From the IMG/VR virus record IMGVR_UViG_3300005573_000178, positions 1-37,517 of that record: a DNA stretch of 37,517 bases. One strand, given 5' to 3'. The stretch comes from a virus. Lineage: Duplodnaviria; Caudoviricetes. A program made the translations under genes and the position numbers. Below the pieces are notes generated by a model. The model did no database searches and had not been told where the DNA came from. It saw nothing but the letters and a program-made list of their open reading frames with translations. Positions 9,849 through 19,019 of the stretch are shown here, piece after piece. Every line of letters starts with the position of its first letter. Position 1 is the first letter of the stretch.

Positions 9849-10580
9849 TTAATTACCTCCTTTAATTTTTTCTTTAAAGTTAGAAAAATCCTTAATTATA
9901 GAGTTATAATCAATTTTTAAATCATTTCTTGTTTCAGAGACATTTGCAACTTTTGAAATTTGAGATTTCCCCAGAGGGGTTTTCTCTTTTTTCTTTTGCT
10001 CAATATATTCGCTTAATTCTTTCTTTTTCTGTTCTTCTTTTGCCTTATATATATTTTCAACAACAACATCAACCGTATCTAATGTAATTTGCTCCCCTTT
10101 GTCAGCCAATGCCTTTAATTCCTTCTCTACTTCATCCTTTTTAATCTCAATTCCTTTCGTATATTTAAATAAGGACAAAGTATTTGAAATTTTGGCATCC
10201 AAAAGCATTCTTGCGTGCTGTAATTCTTTTTCATCCAAATTAACATTAGCATTTGCGTTTTCGGTTGTATTTGTTGTTGCGTTTGCATTTGTTTTTTCCG
10301 CTCCTTTTTCTTCTGCCTTTTTTTGGGCTTCGGAACCTTGTGGGGTTTTTGAAGCGGTATTATTCCCAGTATTTTCTTTGGCTTTATTTTTTAATGTCTT
10401 TACAATCTCTTTAACTTCTTTAAAAGAAACAATATCATCACCTATTTTAAACTTCTCATTTTCACCGAAGTATTCTTCTGGATATATAATTTCATCTAAA
10501 CTCTGCTCTTGCGACTGCGTCTGTTCCTGTTGCTGTGCTTTTTCATCTATATTTTTTGTTTCATTTTTTTTGTCTTCCAT
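9849..10580 (-). CDS. Putative capsid scaffolding protein
   Basis: 243 aa, highly charged, low complexity, immediately upstream of the capsid gene. Confidence 0.65.
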   Translation of the reverse strand: MEDKKNETKNIDEKAQQQEQTQSQEQSLDEIIYPEEYFGENEKFKIGDDIVSFKEVKEIVKTLKNKAKENTGNNTASKTPQGSEAQKKAEEKGAEKTNANATTNTTENANANVNLDEKELQHARMLLDAKISNTLSLFKYTKGIEIKKDEVEKELKALADKGEQITLDTVDVVVENIYKAKEEQKKKELSEYIEQKKKEKTPLGKSQISKVANVSETRNDLKIDYNSIIKDFSNFKEKIKGGN

Positions 10581-10581
10581 T

Positions 10582-10598
10582 GTTTCACCTCTTGAAAC
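10582..10598. promoter_or_regulatory. GTTTC-N7-GAAAC operator overlapping the scaffold RBS
   Basis: GTTTCACCTCTTGAAAC; same geometry as the copies at 18984, 22676, 22833 and 23025. Confidence 0.45.
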
Positions 10599-10608
10599 TT
10601 TTTTTTAA

Positions 10609-10637
10609 ATTATATCAAATTTTATTTGTTTTGTCAA
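10609..10637 (-). promoter_or_regulatory. Consensus sigma70/sigmaA promoter for scaffold and capsid
   Basis: TTGACA (10637-10632), 17 bp, TATAAT (10614-10609), with extended -10 TGn. Confidence 0.85.
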
Positions 10638-10638
10638 G

Positions 10639-10878
10639 TTATTTCGTAAGTATATGCTTAAATGTCTCAAAGTCATTTTTAACCTCATCCAATGTTATAA
10701 ACTCTTTTTTTTCAATTTTTTCATCAATTTCTTTTCTATCGTTTTTCAATATATTTTTCAAATCCTCATCAGACAAAATTTCGTTTATAATTATACTATC
10801 TCCAGTTTTGTCTAATGAAACAAAGTATTTCCCATCTGCTTTCTTTTTAAGTTTTTCAAAGAGTTGCACCTTCCTCAC
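10639..10878 (-). CDS. Hypothetical protein
   Basis: 79 aa between portal and scaffold; GGAGG RBS inside the portal 3' end. Confidence 0.55.
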   Translation of the reverse strand: MRKVQLFEKLKKKADGKYFVSLDKTGDSIIINEILSDEDLKNILKNDRKEIDEKIEKKEFITLDEVKNDFETFKHILTK

Positions 10879-12898
10879 CTCCTCCCTCTTGTGTTCCGCC
10901 TGACGGAACAGATTGTTTCGCTATTTCATTTAAAATTCTTTGTTTAATTAAATCCATAGCCGTTCCACCACCCATACTTGCCTGTTGCATTGCCATCTGC
11001 TGTTGAGCCAATGCTTGTTGCTGTTCTTCTTGATATTGAGCCATAAGCAACTGCACTATATCTTGTGGCATATTTTTTAAATCAAGTATAATGCCAGCAA
11101 TCATTTTATTTTTATTAAGCAATTCGCCTATTGCACTCCAATGCATATCTATATGTGCCCAGAAAATTTCTCTTAACTTTTGCAATCTATTTTTTTCAGT
11201 TGTTGGCATATCTGGGGTTATAAAAAAATCACCGCTTCTTAAATCATTTATATGTTCCTGTATATGTATTAAATGATTTTCATATAAATCAACTGCTGGG
11301 ATTTTATTTTCCCTTATCAATTGATTTTCTTTATTTGCCCGCATAATATCATATCTCTGCAACCCATACACCCCCTCTAACTCCCCAAATTCCAACAATC
11401 TTAATCCAGTCCATTTATCAATATAGCCCATCGCAATCATCCTGTCTATTTGCTGTTGCCTTATTGTTCTATTAGCCGAAAGTCCATACATACTTGTTAA
11501 TTTTATTTCAACTTCTTTCAAATCCTTCCCAATAAATTCCCCATACACATAATTTCTATTTCCAAAATAACTTATAATTTCTTTATTATCTTTTTTATTT
11601 CTTATGAAATCAAGATATAAATTTAACAGTTTTGCAATCCCATCATAAAAAGATATTATTAACTCTGAATTCATTGTATCATCTTGGTCTTTTAAAAACT
11701 GATATGACATTGCTGGGGCTCTGCTTCCTATTGGTCTTGCAAAACTAACATCGTGCAATCCAGATATATCCTTTATCTCATTATCCAGATAACTTAAATT
11801 TAAGAAGAAGTATTGAGAAAACTCCCCTGGGTTTAAAAACGCTGGCGGGGCGGCACTACGCAAATTCGCCCTAACAACTGAAACCCTTTCACTGCCAAAT
11901 TTTTCTTCCTGAATTTTTGCATTTTTATCCAAAATAAGCAATGGTTTGGCAATCTTTTTGCTATGTTCATTTAATTGCCAACGCCTTGCATTATATTCTT
12001 TTAATTGTGGTCTTAAATAAGATATTAAACTATTTGAATAAAATTCGCCCAATTCTAACTGTTTAACAAAAATATATGGCAATTTACCATTTGGTGTTGG
12101 ATTTTCACCTTCATCCAAAATCTCTTTTTCAGTGCATTGTATAAAATATCCATTTTCATTATCTTCCCTTGCAATTTCGTAATACTCATAAATAGCGACA
12201 TATTCGCCATTTACTTTCTCGCAAGTATTATAATCATAAAACCCGCTCATTGTTTTAACTGTATCAAATTTTCTATTAAATATCTTTTCCGCCTCGCTTT
12301 TCTGCAATAAAATTCTTTGTATTGTAAAAGCACTCTTTTCCAGATAATTATTCGTATCATCTGCAACAAAATCAAATATCGGCACAACAACAATTTCAAT
12401 ATCTGTTTCTGGGATAATTTCTGTCTTATTATCAATAACGATATATTTTTTCAATGCATTATTAAATATTTTAAAAACCAAATTTCCAGTTGTTATATAG
12501 TGTATTCTTGCTTCTCTTATTACATTATCTTTCATCTTTTCGTATTTATCATTAGCCAATGCTTCCTGCACTCTCAAATCAAAACTTGGTATTTTATCAT
12601 ATTTAGAAGTATCAACAGAAAACATTGGTCGGTTTGCCATAAGTTGTGAATTTAAAGCCCTAACAATTGGGAAAATTCTATTTGTCCTCATTTCATTCAT
12701 TTTTTCAAGTTTTTCTATGTTTATTTCAATTATAGACCCAACATCATTTAACATATAAATTTTATTATTCTTCTTATACGATGCATAATTTATAAACCAA
12801 TCTTTTTCTAAATCGGCTCTATTCCTCTTTGCCGCTTTAAAATAATCTATAATCTTTTTAACTTTTGCGTTGCTATCTTTTTCTTTGTATAGATACAT
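10856..12898 (-). CDS. Portal protein (start revised to 12898)
   Basis: About 680 aa; TNRIFPIV, GENPTPNGKLPYI, EIKDISGLHDVS, ENHLIHIQEH, Q-rich tail as in P22-like portals; AGGAG RBS before ATG 12898. Confidence 0.85.
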   Translation of the reverse strand: MYLYKEKDSNAKVKKIIDYFKAAKRNRADLEKDWFINYASYKKNNKIYMLNDVGSIIEINIEKLEKMNEMRTNRIFPIVRALNSQLMANRPMFSVDTSKYDKIPSFDLRVQEALANDKYEKMKDNVIREARIHYITTGNLVFKIFNNALKKYIVIDNKTEIIPETDIEIVVVPIFDFVADDTNNYLEKSAFTIQRILLQKSEAEKIFNRKFDTVKTMSGFYDYNTCEKVNGEYVAIYEYYEIAREDNENGYFIQCTEKEILDEGENPTPNGKLPYIFVKQLELGEFYSNSLISYLRPQLKEYNARRWQLNEHSKKIAKPLLILDKNAKIQEEKFGSERVSVVRANLRSAAPPAFLNPGEFSQYFFLNLSYLDNEIKDISGLHDVSFARPIGSRAPAMSYQFLKDQDDTMNSELIISFYDGIAKLLNLYLDFIRNKKDNKEIISYFGNRNYVYGEFIGKDLKEVEIKLTSMYGLSANRTIRQQQIDRMIAMGYIDKWTGLRLLEFGELEGVYGLQRYDIMRANKENQLIRENKIPAVDLYENHLIHIQEHINDLRSGDFFITPDMPTTEKNRLQKLREIFWAHIDMHWSAIGELLNKNKMIAGIILDLKNMPQDIVQLLMAQYQEEQQQALAQQQMAMQQASMGGGTAMDLIKQRILNEIAKQSVPSGGTQEGGGEEGATL

Positions 12899-13892
12899 TT
12901 TTGCTCCTATAATAACTAAAAATTTCAAATGGATGTAATTGCAATGTCGGATTTGGCGTAAATGTATAAGTTGGTGTTGGTGTTATAGTTGGCGTATTTG
13001 TAATTGTAAAAGTTGGTGTATTTGTTGCTGTATCAGTTGCTGTAAATGTATTTGTTGGAGTATTTGTATATGTTGCTGTATTTGTAAAAGTCATTGTATT
13101 TGTTCCAGTATTTGTTGAGGTGTTCGTAATAGTAAATGTTGGTGTGACTGTAAATGTATTTGTTATTGTTGGGGTATTTGTTGGAAGAGAAGGGAAGCCC
13201 CCGTTATAAATTTCATCTGAAACACCAGCATAATCAAACCAACCATAATTCCCTTGTGCCCCGACACCATTCCCATTAAAATATAGAAATCCCAAATCAC
13301 TTCCAGTAAACAAACTATTAGAATTATTTAATGTCCCTTTTAATTCACCATTTACATATAATTTATATTGTGTCCCAGTAAATTCTATTTGATATCTCAC
13401 CCATTGTCCGTATGTTGCTGTTCCAACGCAAGAAAGAGTATTTATAAAATTCCACCACGCCAATCCATCATTTCCGCATCCGCTATTTCCAGTATAAATT
13501 TGTATTTGCATCCAATATGTCCCTGTTTTTTTAAATATAGCATCGGCATCAAATTGCCCAGCCCCTTCCCTGTCATAATTAAAACTATGAGCAAAAATTG
13601 TAAATCGTGATTTTGTTGACATTAAAACATTTAGGTCTGGGTCAACTAATAACTGGCAATTATTTCCTAAACTTGAATTATCTCCACCTTTTCTTGCATA
13701 AAAACTATAATTGCCAGAAAAAGTAATTGTATTAGAATAAAAATCTGATGTTGGATTAAATTGCCTATATAAATTATATTGAGATGATACAGAATTATTT
13801 GTATTTTGTTCCAAATCATATAAAGCAATTATTCCGCAAAAGATATTTATTGAAAAGAAAATAAAAAATAAAAACAAAATAAATTTTTTCAT
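12873..13892 (-). CDS. Exported protein: signal peptide, LamG/concanavalin-like domain, Thr-rich repeat tail
   Basis: MKKFILFLFFIFFSINIFCG; IIALYDLE, GQWVRYQIEFTGTQYKLYVNGELKG; about 80 aa of Thr-X repeats. Confidence 0.7.
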   Translation of the reverse strand: MKKFILFLFFIFFSINIFCGIIALYDLEQNTNNSVSSQYNLYRQFNPTSDFYSNTITFSGNYSFYARKGGDNSSLGNNCQLLVDPDLNVLMSTKSRFTIFAHSFNYDREGAGQFDADAIFKKTGTYWMQIQIYTGNSGCGNDGLAWWNFINTLSCVGTATYGQWVRYQIEFTGTQYKLYVNGELKGTLNNSNSLFTGSDLGFLYFNGNGVGAQGNYGWFDYAGVSDEIYNGGFPSLPTNTPTITNTFTVTPTFTITNTSTNTGTNTMTFTNTATYTNTPTNTFTATDTATNTPTFTITNTPTITPTPTYTFTPNPTLQLHPFEIFSYYRSKNVSIQRKR

Positions 13893-14290
13893 TATTGTGC
13901 CTCTTTCACAGGGAAGCCAAGTTCTTTTGCTTTTGCTTTTGCCATCGCCGTATTTGTAAATGTTTCAACAATACAACTCAAATTATTTGAAAAATCATTT
14001 TTCTCCGTAAAATTATTTACATCATTTATTACAGTATAATTTTTAAATTTATTCAAAAATGCATTTTTTTGTATATCATCTTTAAATTGCAAAATAATTA
14101 TACATTGTTTTTTATTTTTTGAATATTCTATGCTTGTTGCTATGCAACTTGTATAAATTTCCTCATCAACTTTTGGGACTAAAATCCCATTTATATTTAC
14201 AGTATTTACTTTAATTGCAATCGTTGTTTCAGCAATTATTAAATTCAAAACAGCAAATATAAATATAATCCCAAAAACAATTTTTTTCAT
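13892..14290 (-). CDS. Exported hypothetical protein
   Basis: Signal peptide MKKIVFGIIFIFAVLNLIIA; stop overlaps the next start. Confidence 0.65.
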   Translation of the reverse strand: MKKIVFGIIFIFAVLNLIIAETTIAIKVNTVNINGILVPKVDEEIYTSCIATSIEYSKNKKQCIIILQFKDDIQKNAFLNKFKNYTVINDVNNFTEKNDFSNNLSCIVETFTNTAMAKAKAKELGFPVKEAQ

Positions 14291-14302
14291 AATCGCCTCT
14301 TT

Positions 14303-15487
14303 TTATTTAATAACTTCAAATCTAACAATTACAGTTGCCGCTGCACTTGAATATAATGCAAGGGTATATTTAACATCCTTTGTCATAATAATGTATTTAT
14401 TTGGCATTAAATAAACCCCGCCAAAATTTACTATTTTAGATGTTGCTATCAAATGCCCAGTATATGTATTCCCTTGATAATCGCATATTCTCGGATAAAT
14501 ATTATCCATATTAGTTAACCCATATTTTAAATAATTGCAATAATATGGAAAAATATTTGGATTATAAATTCCAGTAATTTCAGTCCCTTCATAAAGATAA
14601 ATATCAGTTGTCTGGTCAGCAATGATAGATATTGCAACCAGCGTGTCTTTTTTTTCGCAAAAAAGTCCAATTGTTCTATAACCAGCATCTTTTTCAATTC
14701 TGTATGTCGCATATACCGTTTCCCCTTTTATCAATTTATCTAAATCATATGGAACAATTTTTTGATATAATGCCGCTTTGTCTTCTGCACTGTATGGTGT
14801 TGGCGTTGCTGTTACTGTTGGGGTTTTTGTTATTGTCGGTGTGTTTGTTATTGTTGCTGTATTTGTTATAGTTGGGGTGTTTGTTTTTGTATATGTATTT
14901 GTTGCTGTTGCTGTATTTGTTTTAGTTTTAGTTGCGGTTGGCGTTGGCGTATTTGTTTTTGTATTGGTTATAGTCGCTGTCGCTGTCGGCATATATAAAT
15001 AAATTTCATTAGTATCATTTACAAGCATTGGACTATTAGTCCCGCAAAATTGAGAATTAAAATATATATAATTCCCAGAACTAAAAATTTTAACATTATT
15101 GTTTGGCAATAATGCTTTATTTGTTGTATAAATTATTTTTATTTTTCCAGTATAACGGGTTAATGAACTTATCCCAATATCTAATTTATATGCTCCACGT
15201 TGGCTTTTAGTAATTGAAGAAATTGTTCCGTTAATTGCAGTTACAGTAACTTTTATAAAATCACTAAAATATGATGAGTCAACACTCATTTCAAGTAAAC
15301 CGTTATTTATAGACAAATTTGTATTATTTGTAAAAACGAAAGTGAAAGTTTGTTCCCCACTTGTTTTTACAACCTGCAACGGGCTCCCTTCAATTTTTCC
15401 TTTTCCGCTGTAATCAGAACACGCCGCATAAGATTTAACCATCGCAAATAAAAAGAACAATAAAATTAAACTAAATAATTTCTTCAT
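14303..15487 (-). CDS. Exported two-domain protein with a Thr/Pro/Asn linker (start revised to 15487)
   Basis: AAGGAGG RBS then MKKLFSLILLFFLFAMVKSYA; beta-rich domain, about 65-aa Thr-X linker, beta-rich C-terminal domain. Confidence 0.7.
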   Translation of the reverse strand: MKKLFSLILLFFLFAMVKSYAACSDYSGKGKIEGSPLQVVKTSGEQTFTFVFTNNTNLSINNGLLEMSVDSSYFSDFIKVTVTAINGTISSITKSQRGAYKLDIGISSLTRYTGKIKIIYTTNKALLPNNNVKIFSSGNYIYFNSQFCGTNSPMLVNDTNEIYLYMPTATATITNTKTNTPTPTATKTKTNTATATNTYTKTNTPTITNTATITNTPTITKTPTVTATPTPYSAEDKAALYQKIVPYDLDKLIKGETVYATYRIEKDAGYRTIGLFCEKKDTLVAISIIADQTTDIYLYEGTEITGIYNPNIFPYYCNYLKYGLTNMDNIYPRICDYQGNTYTGHLIATSKIVNFGGVYLMPNKYIIMTKDVKYTLALYSSAAATVIVRFEVIK

Positions 15488-15797
15488 AATTTTCCTCCTT
15501 TTCAATTGTATCAATAGTTTTTATTTCATTCCCATTTTTAAGAATTTCATCATCAATTTCTGTTTTTTCTTCTTGAACAACATTTTCTTTCACAACAGAA
15601 TTTTTATAATCCTCATAAACATCTCTATTAAACGCCAAAAATTTTTCCTCTAATTCCTTTTGCAATCCCAAAAATTTTTCAAGGATTTCTTTTTCTTGTG
15701 CTTTGTTTATTTTTATGATTTCAACAAAAATTTTTAAATAAACAAAACTTACTATAATCAAAAGTGAAAGCAAAACAATTATTAAAATGTTTTCCAT
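15471..15797 (-). CDS. Membrane-anchored acidic coiled-coil protein
   Basis: N-terminal hydrophobic helix ILIIVLLSLLIIVSFVYL, charged remainder. Confidence 0.6.
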   Translation of the reverse strand: MENILIIVLLSLLIIVSFVYLKIFVEIIKINKAQEKEILEKFLGLQKELEEKFLAFNRDVYEDYKNSVVKENVVQEEKTEIDDEILKNGNEIKTIDTIEKEENYEEII

Positions 15798-15811
15798 AAA
15801 ACTCCTTTCTT

Positions 15812-17449
15812 TTAAATTTCAATTATATCCTCAATATCTTCATCGTAATCTTCAAGAACATCACCAGAATTATACACCATAGAATTATTTTTTGCAAGTG
15901 TTTTTTGCAAATTTTTTTCATCATATTCATTTACAACGCCTTCATCAAACAACTCTATCAATCCCAAAGTTTCATCATAAATGTCAAGAGAATATGCAAT
16001 TGTATCCATAAGATTGTCCCTATTCCCAAATGGGAAAAAATCAAATTCCTCTTTTAGCAAGTTTTGTATTATATCAGTTTCGCCATAATACTCTGTCTTA
16101 TGAATTCTACTTTTAGGAAAAACAATTTGTTTGTTTTGCAAATATGGTTTCAACTGTATTATCCTTTGGCTTTTAATTCTATTATTCGGTGATATACTTC
16201 CATCAACATCCACATCATCCGCCCCATAATTTTTTTTCTTTACTTTCAAAAAATTTATCAAATGTTCCTGTGTGCTTGCATTTTCAACATACAATGTTTT
16301 AACATTATATTTTTTCATTAACTCAAAAATTTTTTCACACAATTTATTATCATCAATCTTGTCAGAATACATATCAACAACATAAATTTTATTTCCATAA
16401 ATTCCGAAAATAGAAAAAGCCGTATCATCATTCCACTGATTATTTTTCCCGCTTGCTGGGTCAAGAATTGCAATCTTATCAGTCAATTTATCTAAAATCT
16501 CATCATCCTCATATCTTGCATAATAATCAAAATTAAAAATTCTTTGTTTACTTGATTTCGGATAATTCATCCAGTTGCACCAAAAATAATACTCATCAGT
16601 TTCTTCAAGATGTTTCAAATACTGAATAGAATATCTTGCTGGGAAAATAGGTTTGCCTTCCCAGATATTATCAATATCTTTATACCCTTCAATTGCCTGT
16701 CTTATATAGCACTTAAATCTTCCGCCTTTATCAACATTATCTTTTTCAATAATTTTCCGATATGCATCATCGTGATGATATATATTGCCAAGCACCAAAA
16801 CTCGCCCGCCGGGGTTCAACAAACTATTTATTGCTTCATTCATTGTATCATATGCTTTTTGTCTTTGCTCAAATGTTTTACTATTTGTCCTGTTAACGAT
16901 ATCATCAAAAATTATATACGTAAAATGTTTACTTGTTAATGCTTCATCAAGCCCACCGATTTCAATTGAATATGTATTTTCCCTCCAATCTTTTTCCGCT
17001 TGGGCTATCAACAACGCATCCTTTGTCCACATCCTCTTCCCAACAAAATTCCCAAACCTTCTTATAAACCTTTCATTATTTTCAAACACACCTTTTACAA
17101 CCATAAGCATATCTCTTGCCTTTTCTTTTGATGATGAATAAATCAAAATTTTTTCAAATGGATTTTTCACCAGCGTATAAATTATATTACTAACATTTCC
17201 CAAACTTGTTTTAAAATGTCCTCTTGGCAAAAACGCCAACTTATAAAAATAATCCCTGCTTTCAATAAAATCACAAAATGGTCTATGGAGTGGTTCGTAT
17301 AAATCACGATAGCCAAGAAAATATGCAAAATCATATAAACTCTTATCTGCATTCAATTCTATTTTTAATTCCAGCAACTTGTTATATTCTTTTTGTAATT
17401 TATTTATTTCATCAATAATTTGTTTATTTGATTTTCTACTCAATTTCAA
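15812..17449 (-). CDS. terL: Terminase large subunit
   Basis: Walker A PRGHFKTS, Walker B HFTYIIFDD, nuclease motifs ILDPA, DDTA and DNLMDT. Confidence 0.93.
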   Translation of the reverse strand: MKLSRKSNKQIIDEINKLQKEYNKLLELKIELNADKSLYDFAYFLGYRDLYEPLHRPFCDFIESRDYFYKLAFLPRGHFKTSLGNVSNIIYTLVKNPFEKILIYSSSKEKARDMLMVVKGVFENNERFIRRFGNFVGKRMWTKDALLIAQAEKDWRENTYSIEIGGLDEALTSKHFTYIIFDDIVNRTNSKTFEQRQKAYDTMNEAINSLLNPGGRVLVLGNIYHHDDAYRKIIEKDNVDKGGRFKCYIRQAIEGYKDIDNIWEGKPIFPARYSIQYLKHLEETDEYYFWCNWMNYPKSSKQRIFNFDYYARYEDDEILDKLTDKIAILDPASGKNNQWNDDTAFSIFGIYGNKIYVVDMYSDKIDDNKLCEKIFELMKKYNVKTLYVENASTQEHLINFLKVKKKNYGADDVDVDGSISPNNRIKSQRIIQLKPYLQNKQIVFPKSRIHKTEYYGETDIIQNLLKEEFDFFPFGNRDNLMDTIAYSLDIYDETLGLIELFDEGVVNEYDEKNLQKTLAKNNSMVYNSGDVLEDYDEDIEDIIEI

Positions 17450-18008
17450 TCCCTCTTTCTTTTGCCATTTCCTTTAACTTTGCTAATTTCTTTTCAATAT
17501 CAACAGATTTTTTCTCAACTTCTTCTAACGCCTTCGCCCGAATATCGCTCGTTGCAATTGCTATATTCTGCGTTGATTGTCCTTCTAACAATCTCATCTT
17601 ATCAAACAACATTGCAAACAATTGCATATTATCTCTCAATGACCCCTTTGCAATTTTTTCTTTTGTCAACCCCAACTCCGCAACATCATTCAACTTTGTC
17701 TTAATAATACTTGCAACTGGTGAACCAACCCCATATAACAAATGCCCCAAATTTTCTTTAATCTTAAAAACCATTCTCTTTATCGTTGATATTGTCCCTG
17801 GGTTTGCTTCCTTCCCAGTTCGGTCGCAAACAAACTTATACAATTCCCCACCTTTCAACCCCATCTTGCACGCACGATACACCTCAATGTAATCTGTAAA
17901 CTTATTCTTATCACCAGCAATTCTCTTTAAACCTTCTACCTCTTCCATACTCAACTTTATGCTATTCTCTATCTGTCCTGCTATTCCATTGTTTTCTTTT
18001 TCTTCCAT
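17436..18008 (-). CDS. terS: Putative terminase small subunit
   Basis: 190 aa directly upstream of and overlapping terL; helical, with DKMRLLEGQSTQNI; mainly a positional call. Confidence 0.65.
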   Translation of the reverse strand: MEEKENNGIAGQIENSIKLSMEEVEGLKRIAGDKNKFTDYIEVYRACKMGLKGGELYKFVCDRTGKEANPGTISTIKRMVFKIKENLGHLLYGVGSPVASIIKTKLNDVAELGLTKEKIAKGSLRDNMQLFAMLFDKMRLLEGQSTQNIAIATSDIRAKALEEVEKKSVDIEKKLAKLKEMAKERGIEIE

Positions 18009-18035
18009 TCAAACCTCCATTCTCTTTTTTTTACA

Positions 18036-18064
18036 ATTATACACAACAAACTTAATTTTGTCAA
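18036..18064 (-). promoter_or_regulatory. Consensus sigma70/sigmaA promoter for the terminase operon
   Basis: TTGACA (18064-18059), 17 bp, TATAAT (18041-18036). Confidence 0.85.
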
Positions 18065-18197
18065 CAAAAATCTCCTTCCCCCTACAACCCCCTTTGCATA
18101 ACACTATCACTTCTTAAATAATCTATAACTATATAAACACTATTTATATTTTATTTATTTTTTTTTATAAATATATATAATCTTGTTGTTGTTGTGC

Positions 18198-18398
18198 TGT
18201 GGATAATGTGCATAACTAATAAACACATTGTAAACACAATGTTCGCACAATGTGTTGTATGTGGATAACTTTGTTGATATCTTGTTCATAACCAACCCCA
18301 CAAACAATAAAACAAAAATCAATGTGGATAACCTGTGGATAACTTCCGGGATGGCTAAAATACATAAAAATCTTGCTTTGTGGATAACTTGTGGATAT
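18198..18398. promoter_or_regulatory. DnaA-box cluster
   Basis: Perfect TGTGGATAA (reverse complement of TTATCCACA) at 18198, 18260, 18323, 18334 and 18379; 1-mismatch copies at 18207 and 18390; all co-oriented. Confidence 0.85.
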
Positions 18399-18501
18399 CT
18401 AATTTTTCGCCTTATTTTATTACCATTTCTTAAAAGCCCAAAAATCCGTGTTCGCACATTGTTCGCACAATGTATGAATACTGTTCGCACAATGTTCACG
18501 C
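18229..18501 (+). repeat. 11-bp-phased iterons, TGTTCGCACA(A/T)
   Basis: Copies at 18240, 18449, 18460 and 18482; degenerate in-phase copies at 18229, 18471 and 18493. Confidence 0.8.
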
Positions 18502-18503
18502 CA

Positions 18504-18553
18504 GATAAGATAAGAATAGAATAGATAAGATAAGAATAGATAAGAATAGATAT
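18504..18553 (+). repeat. Ten tandem GATAA/GAATA pentamers (putative unwinding element)
   Basis: GATAA GATAA GAATA GAATA GATAA GATAA GAATA GATAA GAATA GATAT, then a TA run and the palindrome CGTCAAC-TTAC-GTTGACG (18561-18578). Confidence 0.8.
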
Positions 18554-18809
18554 ATATATTCGTCAACTTACGTTGACGCCAAACGCTGACTTTTTATTTC
18601 CTTTAACCTAAAAACCTTAATTCTTTAAAAACCTCATTTTTAGCCATTTTAACGCTTTATTCCTTCCACCCCGCTATCTTACCCCTTCCAGCAAAAAATA
18701 TTTCAACCATTGCCCTAAAAACCGCTAAATCCCCCCATCCCTATAACCTCTTCTCAACCTCACATCCCAATTTTTCACTTTCTTTGGCGACTGAAAGAGT
18801 GTGCATTAA

Positions 18810-18839
18810 GGGGGGCAGGGGGCGGGGGAGGGGCTCGGG
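18810..18839 (+). other. G-run cluster (G-quadruplex-capable); candidate packaging or terminus signal
   Basis: GGGGGG CA GGGGG C GGGGG A GGGG CTC GGG in an AT-rich genome, at a strand-composition switch upstream of terS. Confidence 0.5.
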
Positions 18840-19019
18840 CTAAATTTTAAAAAAGCAAGCAATTGCAGTAATAAAAAAGCATTGTAAACATTGACTAAAA
18901 ATGAAAGTTTACATAACTTTGATTATACGAAGTTGGATGTTGGACTTGAAACGCTGGACTGGTAAGACAAACGTGCGAGAAAAGTTTCACGATGCGAAAC
19001 ACGAAAGTGAGCATATAAA

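Noticed and set aside
12873-13892. Diversity-generating retroelement target
   Set aside because: No reverse transcriptase and no template/variable repeat pair seen
18155-18524. ORFs 18155-18499 (-) and 18252-18524 (+) as real genes
   Set aside because: They translate DnaA boxes and iterons and lack an RBS; the plus frame is at most an initiator-linker relic
18504-18553. DnaA-trio element
   Set aside because: Periodicity is 5 nt, not 3 nt
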